Assembly: GCA_033764955.1 (NCBI GenBank)
Contig: JANRIL010000005.1
Span: 96,001 to 160,000 of the forward strand
From: Cyanobacteriota bacterium
Lineage (GTDB): Bacteria; Cyanobacteriota; Cyanobacteriia; Thermostichales; Thermostichaceae
Direction: 5' to 3'
DNA length: 64,000 nt
Shown here: positions 31,104-40,511 of the stretch, in pieces
Layout of the letters: each line of letters begins with the position of its first letter
Numbering within the stretch: the first letter of the stretch is position 1
The notes under the pieces: generated by a model
Databases searched by the model: none
Told to the model about the DNA's origin: nothing
The model's input: only the letters and a program-made list of their open reading frames with translations
Made by a program: the position numbers and the translations under genes

Positions 31104-31658
31104 ATGACTCCAGAACAAGAAGCGTTACTTGTCCAGGCTGTGTTAAGGCTAGAGACTAAGCAGGATCGTTTGGAAGACAGCCACACCCATCTGGAAAGAG
31201 TGGTGGCCGAGACTCGGGCTGGGATGCAACAACATCAAGCTGAGTTTCAAAGAGCGATGGCAAATAGCCATGCAGAGTTTGCTCAGATAACGGCACGCCT
31301 GGATGCTCGACAAAGTCGTTTGGAAGAAAGTCAAGCTGAGTTTCAAAGAGCGATGGCAAATAGCCATGCAGAGTTTGCTCAGATAACGGCACGCCTGGAT
31401 GCTCGACAAGGTCGTTTGGAAGAAAGTCAAGCCGAGTTTCAAAGGGTATTATCGGAAACTCGTAGTGATGTTGCTCACTTTACGGAGTGGGCAGAAACCC
31501 TGACTTCGACTCAGGTGACTTTAATGGAAATCCAACAACGACAACAGGAAACAATAGAACGGATCGAGCGACGGCAGGCGGAATCGGATCAACGCTTTGA
31601 GGTGCTATTGCAAGAAATCCGTTATCTGATCCGCCGTCTTGACGGATTGCAATCGTGA
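31104..31658 (+). CDS. coiled-coil hypothetical protein with an internal 32-aa tandem repeat
   Basis: Q/E/R-rich heptads and a C-terminal ESDQRFEVLLQEIR. Confidence 0.7.
   Translation: MTPEQEALLVQAVLRLETKQDRLEDSHTHLERVVAETRAGMQQHQAEFQRAMANSHAEFAQITARLDARQSRLEESQAEFQRAMANSHAEFAQITARLDARQGRLEESQAEFQRVLSETRSDVAHFTEWAETLTSTQVTLMEIQQRQQETIERIERRQAESDQRFEVLLQEIRYLIRRLDGLQS
31235..31444 (+). repeat. 96-bp tandem repeat, about 2.2 copies
   Basis: Unit TCAAGCTGAGTTTCAAAG... restarts at 31235, 31331 and 31427. The copies are nearly identical. Confidence 0.92.
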
Positions 31659-31709
31659 TTCGTTTCTAAACGTCGCCCTATGTCGGTGCATCCATTGTCA
31701 ACATTTTCC

Positions 31710-32195
31710 ATGAGTAGCACCTTACACTTCCTGCTGGCTTCTCCGCAGGCTACCCAAGCTCTGGGACGGCTAGTGGGGAGCTGGGCACAACCGGGATCTC
31801 TTTTCCTGCTAGAGGGAAATTTGGGTTCCGGCAAAACTACATTGGTACAAGGCATAGCGGCGGGCTTAGGCATTCCGGGGGTGATCAACAGTCCAACGTT
31901 TGTCCTGATTCAAGAATACTGGGAGGGACGGATCCCCTTATTTCACTGTGATCTCTATCGTTTATCGCAGGTGGTGGCTGAGGATTTGGGTTTGCCTGAG
32001 TTGTGGCAAGGTCAGGGAATAACGGTGATTGAATGGCCGGAGCGGCTGGTCAATCTTCCTGATCAAGGGTATAAATTTGAGTTTGCCGTTCTCTCCGAGG
32101 AGGAGCGCTCTCTGACCATAACCGCCCAAGGGGATCCCAATCCCTCCCTATGGTTTTGTTTAGAGCATTTTCAACCCCCTAGAAACGGAAATTGA
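31710..32195 (+). CDS. tsaE: tRNA t6A biosynthesis ATPase
   Basis: LEGNLGSGKT, SPTF, HCDLYRL and IEWPER. Confidence 0.94.
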   Translation: MSSTLHFLLASPQATQALGRLVGSWAQPGSLFLLEGNLGSGKTTLVQGIAAGLGIPGVINSPTFVLIQEYWEGRIPLFHCDLYRLSQVVAEDLGLPELWQGQGITVIEWPERLVNLPDQGYKFEFAVLSEEERSLTITAQGDPNPSLWFCLEHFQPPRNGN

Positions 32196-32203
32196 CTGGG
32201 ATA

Positions 32204-32920
32204 TCAATCCAAGCGAGCTTGCTGTTGCAGGGTGATCAGTTGCTGAATGCCCTGATGCGCCACATTTAACATGTCCTGAAGTTGCTCAGGTGAGAAGGTT
32301 TGTTTTTCCGCTGTACCCTGCACTTCCACAAACTGCCCCGTTGCCGTCATCACCACGTTCAAATCCACATCTGCTTGACTGTCTTCCAGATAGCATAAAT
32401 CGGCGACAACGGATCCCTGCACAATCCCTACTGAGATAGCAGCCACCTGGGCGATCAGGGGGGATCCCTCGATCAAGCCCTTTGCTTGGAGCCAATCCAC
32501 TGCATCCTGAAGAGCCACATATCCTCCAGTAATGGCGGCGGTGCGAGTTCCCCCATCCGCTTGCAAAACATCGGCATCAATGCGAATGGTTCGGGATCCC
32601 AGTTGCTCAAAATCCACCACCGAGCGCAGACTCCGCCCAATTAAGCGTTGAATTTCGGCAGTCCGCCCTGAAATTTTCTCCCTTTCCCGTTCTTGGCGGC
32701 GGGGGGTTGCTCCCGGCAGAAACCGATACTCCGCCTTCAGCCAGCCCTGCTGGGATCCCACAAAAGTCGGCACCTCATCCTCAAAGGATACCGTACAGAG
32801 AATTTGGGTATCTCCACATTTCACCAATACAGAACCAGGGCTAAATTTTGTGAAAAAACGTTCAAAAGTAACTGGACGAATCGCAGTTAGGGAGCGACCA
32901 TCGGGGCGTTGCCAAGTCAT
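32204..32920 (-). CDS. rph: ribonuclease PH
   Basis: RPDGR, GRTAEIQRLIGRSLR, DVLQADGGTRTAAITG, DLCY.ED and EVQGTAE. Confidence 0.96.
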   Translation of the reverse strand: MTWQRPDGRSLTAIRPVTFERFFTKFSPGSVLVKCGDTQILCTVSFEDEVPTFVGSQQGWLKAEYRFLPGATPRRQEREREKISGRTAEIQRLIGRSLRSVVDFEQLGSRTIRIDADVLQADGGTRTAAITGGYVALQDAVDWLQAKGLIEGSPLIAQVAAISVGIVQGSVVADLCYLEDSQADVDLNVVMTATGQFVEVQGTAEKQTFSPEQLQDMLNVAHQGIQQLITLQQQARLD

Positions 32921-33136
32921 GTTGCCAGCTCAGGTAAGTATCCCCTCAGTATCCCCAAATCTGGGGATCATTGCTGGGCAACCTAGTTTAAGGGATGGAT
33001 CCCTAGGTTGTCAGTGATGGCACTCTGAGTTGTGGCGAGAGCTTTCATGGCACACTGTTATAGCGAAGTCTTTTGGCACTCTCACCTTTGCACGACTGAT
33101 CGCTATGGCATTTTAGGGTTTACCTGCGACCGACCT

Positions 33137-34117
33137 ATGACCCCATCCACCAACCGTCTCCTACTTGATTTTGAAAAACCTGTTGCTGCCCTAGAACAGC
33201 GTATCGAAGAAATTCGTGCCCTAGCCGAAGATAATCAGATTGATGCTAGCGATCAGATTCGCCAGCTCGAAGCCAAAGCCCACGAATTGCGGATGGAGAT
33301 CTTCCAACAACTCACCCCTCTGCAACGATTACAGGTAGCGCGCCATCCCCGTCGCCCCAGCACCCTGGACTACATCCAAACCATTTGTGACGGCTGGTTT
33401 GAGCTGCATGGGGATCGCCATGGTCAAGATGATTCTGCCCTAGTGGGGGGGTTGGCTCGTTTGGGAGATCAGCCCGTTGTTGTACTCGGTCATCAAAAGG
33501 GACGGGATACGAAAGATAACGTAGCTCGCAACTTTGGGATGCCCAATCCGGCAGGCTATCGCAAGGCGCTCCGTCTCATGGAACATGCCCATCGTTTTGG
33601 CCTACCGATTCTCACCTTTATCGACACCCCAGGAGCCTATCCCGGTATTAAAGCGGAGGAAGAAGGTCAGGGAGAAGCGATTGCGGCGAATTTGCAAGCG
33701 ATGTTTCGCCTAGAAGTACCCATTCTCTGCACGGTGATTGGGGAAGGGGGATCCGGGGGAGCCTTGGCGATTGGTGTAGGAGATCGCCTCCTCATGTTTG
33801 AACATGCGGTGTATTCGGTGATCTCGCCGGAGGGCTGCGCGGCTATTCTCTGGAAAGACGCTAAAAAAGCCCCGCAAGCGGCGGCTTCCCTCCGCATCAC
33901 TGCTTCTGATCTCAAGCAACTGGGGGTAGTCGATGAGATTTTGCCCGAACCCGTAGGGGGTGCTCATCGTTCTCCCCTAGAGGCTGCCGAAACCCTCAAG
34001 CAATCCCTGCAACGGCATTTGCAAATACTGGCGGGGATGAGTGGGCGGCAGTTGCGGGAGATCCGTTATCAAAAGTTTCGCCAGATGGGAGTTTTCTGGG
34101 AGAAATCCTCTCCCTGA
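33137..34117 (+). CDS. accA: acetyl-CoA carboxylase carboxyltransferase alpha
   Basis: [35 protein letters not shown] and GEGGSGGAL. Confidence 0.97.
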   Translation: MTPSTNRLLLDFEKPVAALEQRIEEIRALAEDNQIDASDQIRQLEAKAHELRMEIFQQLTPLQRLQVARHPRRPSTLDYIQTICDGWFELHGDRHGQDDSALVGGLARLGDQPVVVLGHQKGRDTKDNVARNFGMPNPAGYRKALRLMEHAHRFGLPILTFIDTPGAYPGIKAEEEGQGEAIAANLQAMFRLEVPILCTVIGEGGSGGALAIGVGDRLLMFEHAVYSVISPEGCAAILWKDAKKAPQAAASLRITASDLKQLGVVDEILPEPVGGAHRSPLEAAETLKQSLQRHLQILAGMSGRQLREIRYQKFRQMGVFWEKSSP

Positions 34118-34138
34118 AGCTTTTCTTTGAAGGAGAAG

Positions 34139-35173
34139 CTAGGCTAGTCGGGATCCCTTCTCCAAAAACTGTAGGGTATAGGCTTGCTGGTAGGGGATCG
34201 TGGGTCGAAACAATCCAATGTCTGACATAGTGGCGACGATGGCTTGCCAGCGCTGATCGGTCATGGCACCAATTCCTAAGCTTGCCGCCTCACCGCCTGT
34301 GATGATCTGATGGCTGAGCAGACTGTCCAGCCCGTAGATTAGCAATTCCTCCGGCATCTCTGGGTTGGCCTGTCGAATCAACTGATTACCGGGATGGGGA
34401 TCCTCTAAATAGCTCTGCCACCCTCGAATCGAAGCATCGACAAATCGCTGCACGCGATCCGGATGCCGGTTCACCAGGCTCCAGGTGGTTTCAATCGTGG
34501 TGGCATAGGGGTTATAGCCGTAGTCCGCCAGTAGATAAACCTCCGGTTCAAAGCCAGCCTCCCGCTTGACCCGCCAGGGTTCTGCTGTCAGATAGCCCTG
34601 CTGCACCGCTTCGGGATCCTGTAAAAATGGCCCCAGGCTAAAGTAATAGGGACGGCGTTGCTCATCCAAAAAACCAAACCGCTTCCGCAGAAAAGGCCAA
34701 TAGGTGAGGTTTGCCCCTGGAGAAACATAGGTGGGTTTGCCCCGCAGATTTTCCAAACGTCCGCCACCTGTTTGGGGATGAGCCAACAAACATTGCGGAT
34801 CCTTCTGGAAGATGGCCGCCACTGTCACCACCGGGATCCCAGAATCGAGGGCTGCCAGCACATCCAAACTGGATCCCATTGCCAGATCCACCGCCCCTCC
34901 CGCCAACAGTTGCAGGATGTTGATGCCCGTTCCCCCCATCTGAATGCTCACCTCTAAGCCCACCTCTCGATAAAAACCCAGTGCTAACGCCTGATAAAAT
35001 CCCCCATGTTCCGCTTGGGCATACCAGTTGGTGGCAAAAGTCAGCCGTTCTAACCCAGCCTCTGGGGATGGAGAAGAGGCTGGTCGTAACCCGAAGGCCA
35101 ATCCCCCCCAACCCAACTGCAAAAATTCTCGCCGTGATAGAGGGATGGGATCCCGGCCAAATGAGGTGTGCAT
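34139..35173 (-). CDS. NMT1/THI5-like ABC substrate-binding protein with Tat signal
   Basis: SRREFLQ leader, TNWYAQAEHGGFYQA, FQKDPQ and QQGY.TAEP. Confidence 0.85.
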   Translation of the reverse strand: MHTSFGRDPIPLSRREFLQLGWGGLAFGLRPASSPSPEAGLERLTFATNWYAQAEHGGFYQALALGFYREVGLEVSIQMGGTGINILQLLAGGAVDLAMGSSLDVLAALDSGIPVVTVAAIFQKDPQCLLAHPQTGGGRLENLRGKPTYVSPGANLTYWPFLRKRFGFLDEQRRPYYFSLGPFLQDPEAVQQGYLTAEPWRVKREAGFEPEVYLLADYGYNPYATTIETTWSLVNRHPDRVQRFVDASIRGWQSYLEDPHPGNQLIRQANPEMPEELLIYGLDSLLSHQIITGGEAASLGIGAMTDQRWQAIVATMSDIGLFRPTIPYQQAYTLQFLEKGSRLA

Positions 35174-35373
35174 AGGAAGTTTGGCACGCTACTGCTTAAT
35201 CCATTATCTCTGCTGGAAAGAGCCAGGAAAGGGAGCAAGAGTAGCATGTTGGCGAGACGGTGGCAGAAAAGAGGATACAAAAATTGTGATCCATATCAAC
35301 AAGTTCCGTGATCTTTCGCATAGACCATCCGTAGATTTTGAATCATTCTGGAATTGTAGGGTGGAGAAAGGCG

Positions 35374-35577
35374 ATGAGTATTCAGCAAATCATTCAAGAA
35401 GTGTTTGCCTCTGCTCACTTAACGGAAGCCCAAGAGGACGCGATCAATACTATTCTCTGGGATCATCGATTTTCTGAGCAGGACATTGATGCCCTCGATC
35501 GCTTGATTGAGGCGATCCTCCGCAAAGAAGTACGAGCCAATGACTATACCCTTCGCAACGAAACCAGTGCGGCTTAG
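35374..35577 (+). CDS. small helical hypothetical protein (67 aa), paralog of 59476-59685
   Basis: MSIQQIIQEVF...LT..QE..I...D..ALDRLI.A.L...V. GGAGAAAGG lies upstream. Confidence 0.7.
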   Translation: MSIQQIIQEVFASAHLTEAQEDAINTILWDHRFSEQDIDALDRLIEAILRKEVRANDYTLRNETSAA

Positions 35578-35786
35578 CTTTGCCTAGAGGCAGCTCTCTA
35601 AGAAAGAATTTTTATCATCATGTATCACCAGCCCAAAGAGCTAAAAAAAGATTGTTTAACCCAATCACCCAAGCATAAAATTTGATGGATTGCTGGAGAC
35701 GGACTGTTATTATAGCTATAGATTTCTAGCTAAATAGGCTTCGGAAAGATAATCTGAATCCAATCTATCAATTTGCTTGGGGCTGT

Positions 35787-36435
35787 ATGGATCGATTAAA
35801 GATTTTGCATCCCGATCAATCCTATAGTTACCCTTCTTATTTTGAGATGGATCAAGAGATGGATCAAGAGCCGGATCAGATTCTAGCTGAATTTGGCTAT
35901 CAGATTTTAACCAAACGATTATCGTTACCTCATACCTCTCAATCTTTATGATCAACTGGATAGACTGCAAAAAGAGCTGGAAGAAAACTTACATCTGACA
36001 TTGCTAACCAGTGAGATTGCCCGTCGGGAAACCTTGGTGGGGCTTATTCTATCTGCTGTTGCTCGTTTTTGCCATTGCCGGATTCGCTTTGAATATAGCT
36101 TATATGTCAATCAGTGGCTCAAGGGAAATCTTGACTATTTTTTGCGAGGTCATGCCACTTTCTTCGTGGTGGAGGCCAAAAATGATGATCTAACTCGTGG
36201 TTTTACCCAATTGGCTGTAGAACTTATTGCCTTAGCGGAAGTGGAATCTCAAGATATCTTTTATGGGGCAGTCACACTGGGTGATGTCTGGCAATTTGGC
36301 ACGTTGGATCGTCAAGCCAGATCCATAACCCAGGATATAACCCTTTACCGAGTTCCTGATGATCTTGCCCCATTGATGGATATTTTGATTGGGATTTTGC
36401 AGGGAAAAAAATCTCTTGCGGAAACGGGTGAATAA
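35787..36435 (+). pseudogene. frameshifted PD-(D/E)XK (restriction-like) hypothetical gene
   Basis: MDRLKILHPDQSYSY..YFEM...ILAEFGY stops at TGA 35949. The +1 frame continues DQLDRLQKELEE...SEIARRE...GNLDY...VVEAK...GAVT.G..WQFG. Confidence 0.75.
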
Positions 36436-36566
36436 ATAATTCGTCGAGGTTGGGAAGAGAGCTAACCCTAGCATGAGCGGCTTGCTGCCTAGAACCATTT
36501 GGCAGGGATCCCTTGACAGGGTTGCCCGCTATCTCAAGGATGGTTATGAACCCATTCTCAATTCCC

Positions 36567-37604
36567 ATGACTGCTTCGGATCCCTCAAGTCTCTGGCCTC
36601 AGTTGTTACAGCAGCTTTTAGATCGAGAATCCCTCTCGGAGGCACAAGCGGAACTGTTGATGAATGGTTGGCTGGATAGCGAAGTTCCCGATGTCCTATC
36701 GGGGGCTTTGTTGGCGGCGATCCAAGCCAAGGGGGTGACCGCTAGTGAATTGGCGGGCATGGCGCGGGTGTTACAGCGGGCGGCTGTCGGGGATCCCTTA
36801 CATTTGCCAATTTTGGTGGATACCTGTGGGACGGGGGGAGATGGGGCAGGCACCTTTAATATTTCTACGGCGGTGGCTTTTGTGGTGAGTGCCGCTGGGA
36901 TCCCGGTGGCGAAACACGGCAATCGCTCGGCCTCGAGCAAGGTGGGGTCGGCGGACGTCTTAGAAGCCTTGGGTGTCAATCTGGGGGCGGCTCCAGAACG
37001 GATTCGAGAAGCGGTGAATGCGGTAGGAATTACCTTTTTGTTTGCTCCCAATTGGCATCCCGCGATGAAAGTGGTAGTTCCCTATCGACGTACCCTGAAG
37101 GTTCGCACCATTTTTAATCTTTTGGGGCCATTGGTCAATCCCCTTCATCCCACGCGACAGGTGGTGGGGGTTTATGATTCCGCTTTGGTGGTGACGGTGG
37201 CGGAGGCATTGCGGCTGTTGGGTTGTGAACGGGCAATCGTGCTGCACAGTCGGGAAGGGTTGGATGAAGCGGGTCTGGATTTGCCTACCGACCTGGGCAT
37301 TCTGGAAGCAGGGGCAGTAACCACTGGACTATTAGTTCCCCAAGAACTGGGATTGACAACCGCTCCCTTGGCAGCCCTCAAAGGGGGAGAACTGGCGGAA
37401 AATGTCGAGATCCTCAGCCAGGTTTTACAGGGTAGAGGGACGCCAGCTCAGCGCGATGCGGTGGTAGTGAATGCGGCTTTGGCTTTGCAGGTGGGAGGAA
37501 TAGCCCCGACATGGGCGGAGGGAGTCGCCAAAGCCAAGGAGATTTTAGGCAGTGGGTCGGCTTGGCAACGTCTTAGCCAATTGATTCACTTTTTACAAGG
37601 ATAG
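36567..37604 (+). CDS. trpD: anthranilate phosphoribosyltransferase
   Basis: [38 protein letters not shown] and GLDE. Confidence 0.97.
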   Translation: MTASDPSSLWPQLLQQLLDRESLSEAQAELLMNGWLDSEVPDVLSGALLAAIQAKGVTASELAGMARVLQRAAVGDPLHLPILVDTCGTGGDGAGTFNISTAVAFVVSAAGIPVAKHGNRSASSKVGSADVLEALGVNLGAAPERIREAVNAVGITFLFAPNWHPAMKVVVPYRRTLKVRTIFNLLGPLVNPLHPTRQVVGVYDSALVVTVAEALRLLGCERAIVLHSREGLDEAGLDLPTDLGILEAGAVTTGLLVPQELGLTTAPLAALKGGELAENVEILSQVLQGRGTPAQRDAVVVNAALALQVGGIAPTWAEGVAKAKEILGSGSAWQRLSQLIHFLQG

Positions 37605-37833
37605 TTTTCTTAACTTAGCAACAATCCAGAGATAAAGCGAATCAAAAATCAAACTTTTTTGAAATGAATCTATTTTTCGTTTTGGGTAAGTAGGCTCTTT
37701 CGGCTAGTCATCTTGACTCTTGCTTAAAATTAGATTTTCTATTAGGTTTTTGAGAGTGATTTTCTTTTGGCTTGATGCTTTTCAGCTGATAGCGATAGTC
37801 TCTATTCATTTGTTTTCCTTTGGGTGTCAATCT

Positions 37834-38373
37834 ATGGCAAAAGTTGCAATTGTTTATCATAGTGGTAGCGGTAGAACAGCGCTGGTGGCTGAGCGAGTTT
37901 TAGCGGGTTTGCAGAAGGTAGAAGGCATTGACACGCTGTACCTCAAGGCAGATGAAGCCACTCAAAACCTGGATAGGTTGAATGATGTGGATACGATTGT
38001 TTTAGGTACTCCTACTTATATGGGAGACGTGGCTGTTCCCATCAAGGTTTTTATGGAGGCCACCGGAGGAATTTGGTTCTCCCAAAGTTGGAAAGATAAG
38101 CTGGCGGCTGGATTTACGAACTCACTGGGGTTAAGTGGCGATAAAGTCCATACCCTAACTACTTTGTCGGTTTTTGCGGCTCAACACTCGATGATTTGGA
38201 TTAGCCAAGGATTGATGGCGCAGGCGGATCAGAATCGTCTCAGTAGCTGGTTGGGATTGGCTACCCAGACGGATTATCAAGCTCCCTCGCCACCTGCTGT
38301 TGATCTCGAGACAGCGGAGAAATTTGGTCAACGAATTGGGGAAGTTACCCGGCGCTGGGTGCGGGGTCGTTAA
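37834..38373 (+). CDS. WrbA-like flavodoxin family protein
   Basis: YHSGSGRT, GTPTYMG, WKDKLAAGFTNS and GDK. Confidence 0.88.
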   Translation: MAKVAIVYHSGSGRTALVAERVLAGLQKVEGIDTLYLKADEATQNLDRLNDVDTIVLGTPTYMGDVAVPIKVFMEATGGIWFSQSWKDKLAAGFTNSLGLSGDKVHTLTTLSVFAAQHSMIWISQGLMAQADQNRLSSWLGLATQTDYQAPSPPAVDLETAEKFGQRIGEVTRRWVRGR

Positions 38374-38580
38374 GGGATCCCTTGTTCGCTGGGGCTAGTG
38401 GTTGGAAAACACTGAGAGGACAAAGATTAAGGGCGAATAGAGTCTATCTTCAGACCTAGCTCAGGTTTTCAGGCAATCTGTATCTCACCTTAAGGTGTGT
38501 CTCACTGAAAAGGCAGGTTAGTAAGATTAAGCTAGACCATGCGTACATCTACCGACTGAACCGCCGGAGAACCCACTGAT

Positions 38581-39717
38581 ATGGATCGCTCAGCCGCCGT
38601 CTTACCCCTGCAATCCCCCAAGGATGTTTCGGTCTCCGAAATTGAGCAAGAACTTAACAAAGTTTGGATGGCTCACGGCGAGAATGCGGCGGCAAGAGCC
38701 GCTACTTTTACGCTGATTGTTTATGAATCGCTGGATAGTTCCTTGCTCTCCCCCTCCAATGCGGTGGAGGCGATTGCCACGCAAAATCCCTGTCGAGTCA
38801 TTGATCTGCGGGCTAAGGTTGGTTCGGCTGATCAGGCAGTGGAAGCGCAGGTAGCCGCCTACTGTCCCGTGAATCGTCAACAAAAAAGCGCCCTCGTTTG
38901 TTGCGAATATATCACTCTGCAAGCCCCCGAATCGGCTTTTGTCCGTATCCACAGCACGGTGACTTCCCTGCTGATTCCTGATCTGCCCACGTTTCTTTGG
39001 TGGCAGGGGGATCTCGATCTCAACAGTCTCCTGTTTCAACAACTGGTCAATCTGAGCAACCGCGTGATTGTGGATTCTCGCACCTTCCTCTATCCCGAAG
39101 AGGATCTGGGGGAAGTGCATATGCTCACCCAGGAGGGTCGCCAGTTTGGGGATCTCAACTGGAAGCGGCTGAGTTCCTGGCAGGAGCTAACGGCTCAAGC
39201 CTACGATCCCCCTGACCGTCGGCAGGCGTTACTGACCATTGACCGCGTCACGATTGACTATAAGGCGGGGAATCCCTGTCAGGCTTATCTGTTCTTGGGC
39301 TGGCTGGCTAGCCGCCTGCAATGGGATCCCACCGCTTGGGTGCAAAAGCAGGAACATGACTACCTGATTGATCGGATTACCTTCGTCAGTTCGGATCAGC
39401 GCACCATTGAGGCGGAACTGGCTGCCGTACCGATTGCTACCGATTCTGCCCATGTCGGGGATCTGATTGGTCTGAAGTTGACCTCCAGCCAAACTCAGGG
39501 AGATACTACGGTTTTGTGTTCGGAAACCACCGGCTGTATGCGGATGGAATCGGGGGGGGGTGCTCAGGCGTCCTCCTGGATCCATCAAGTCTCTCCCATC
39601 GAGCACAACACGATCGAGCTATTGCTGGCGCAACAACTGCAACTGGCAGGTCAAGACCGTCTCTTTGAGGAAAGCTTGGCGGTGGTCAACCGGATCTTGC
39701 CGATCAAGCAGTCTTGA
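38581..39717 (+). CDS. opcA: glucose-6-phosphate dehydrogenase assembly protein
   Basis: PKDVS..EIE.EL, RAATFTLIVYE, NPCR, AYCP, VCCEYITL, DLPTFLWW and DLNW.RL..WQELTA. Confidence 0.93.
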   Translation: MDRSAAVLPLQSPKDVSVSEIEQELNKVWMAHGENAAARAATFTLIVYESLDSSLLSPSNAVEAIATQNPCRVIDLRAKVGSADQAVEAQVAAYCPVNRQQKSALVCCEYITLQAPESAFVRIHSTVTSLLIPDLPTFLWWQGDLDLNSLLFQQLVNLSNRVIVDSRTFLYPEEDLGEVHMLTQEGRQFGDLNWKRLSSWQELTAQAYDPPDRRQALLTIDRVTIDYKAGNPCQAYLFLGWLASRLQWDPTAWVQKQEHDYLIDRITFVSSDQRTIEAELAAVPIATDSAHVGDLIGLKLTSSQTQGDTTVLCSETTGCMRMESGGGAQASSWIHQVSPIEHNTIELLLAQQLQLAGQDRLFEESLAVVNRILPIKQS

Positions 39718-39939
39718 ATCGCCGATAGTCTGGTCTCGATCCTGGGTGTAAGAACGCTCATCCTTCTTTTGGGATGCAGCGAGACGCTGGCCGTGAGTTG
39801 TGATCCCTAAATAGCTGAGTCTTGCGGCAAGATATCCAAACAACCGTTCAGGTTGACGGGAGTATGAGATAGCATAAGAAGGAAAGCAGTAGTCCCTCAT
39901 GTCTACTTTCACCTGTTCACCTATGTTGATGTCTATTTA

Positions 39940-40215
39940 ATGCGTGTTCGGTGGGGTGAAGCAAAACAACAGCAAGTTTTGGCAGAGGGTGGTATTGATT
40001 TTGGTCAGTTGAATGATCTACTCTACACTCCCTATCTCGAAGACCAACGCTCTCAGATACCAGAGCAGTATCGAATTATCGGTTTTGCCGATGGACAATT
40101 GACAACATTCATTGTTGAGTATCGAGCCGATAAAGTGGGAGAGTATATTTGGGTTGTTACAGCCTGGAAATCAACGAGACAGGAATGTAGAAGCTATGAG
40201 CAGCGGATTTACTGA
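39940..40215 (+). CDS. BrnT-like toxin
   Basis: MRVRWGEAK......GIDF...EQYRIIG...VVTAWKST.QE.R.YE follows the BrnT pattern. Confidence 0.7.
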   Translation: MRVRWGEAKQQQVLAEGGIDFGQLNDLLYTPYLEDQRSQIPEQYRIIGFADGQLTTFIVEYRADKVGEYIWVVTAWKSTRQECRSYEQRIY

Positions 40216-40453
40216 AATGAAAGATATCGAGGAAATTGCTCAGCAAGCTGACTCAGGAGCAGATATTTCTGAGCATTTCACAGGTTATTTTCAAGCAAAG
40301 CAGCAGATCAATATTGCTCTTCCCCTAGAGCTGCTAAAAAGTATTGATACCGAGTGCCAATTACAAAAAATGAGTCGTCAAGATTGGATAAAAATGGTCT
40401 GTACCGAGAAGGTTCGAGAAATTCAGTCTGGTAGACTATCAAAGGCTGGTTAA
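40196..40453 (+). CDS. BrnA/CopG-like ribbon-helix-helix antitoxin
   Basis: Overlaps the toxin 3' end. DISEHF...QINIALPLELLKSID......SRQDWIK is RHH-like. Confidence 0.7.
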   Translation: MSSGFTEMKDIEEIAQQADSGADISEHFTGYFQAKQQINIALPLELLKSIDTECQLQKMSRQDWIKMVCTEKVREIQSGRLSKAG

Positions 40454-40511
40454 TTCTTATCGGGGTTTTAACAATCATTAAGCTCGAATCATCCTCCCTC
40501 AAGACTTGGTT

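Noticed and set aside
35716..35970. 84-aa minus-strand ORF
   Set aside because: Antisense shadow of the frameshifted gene on the plus strand.
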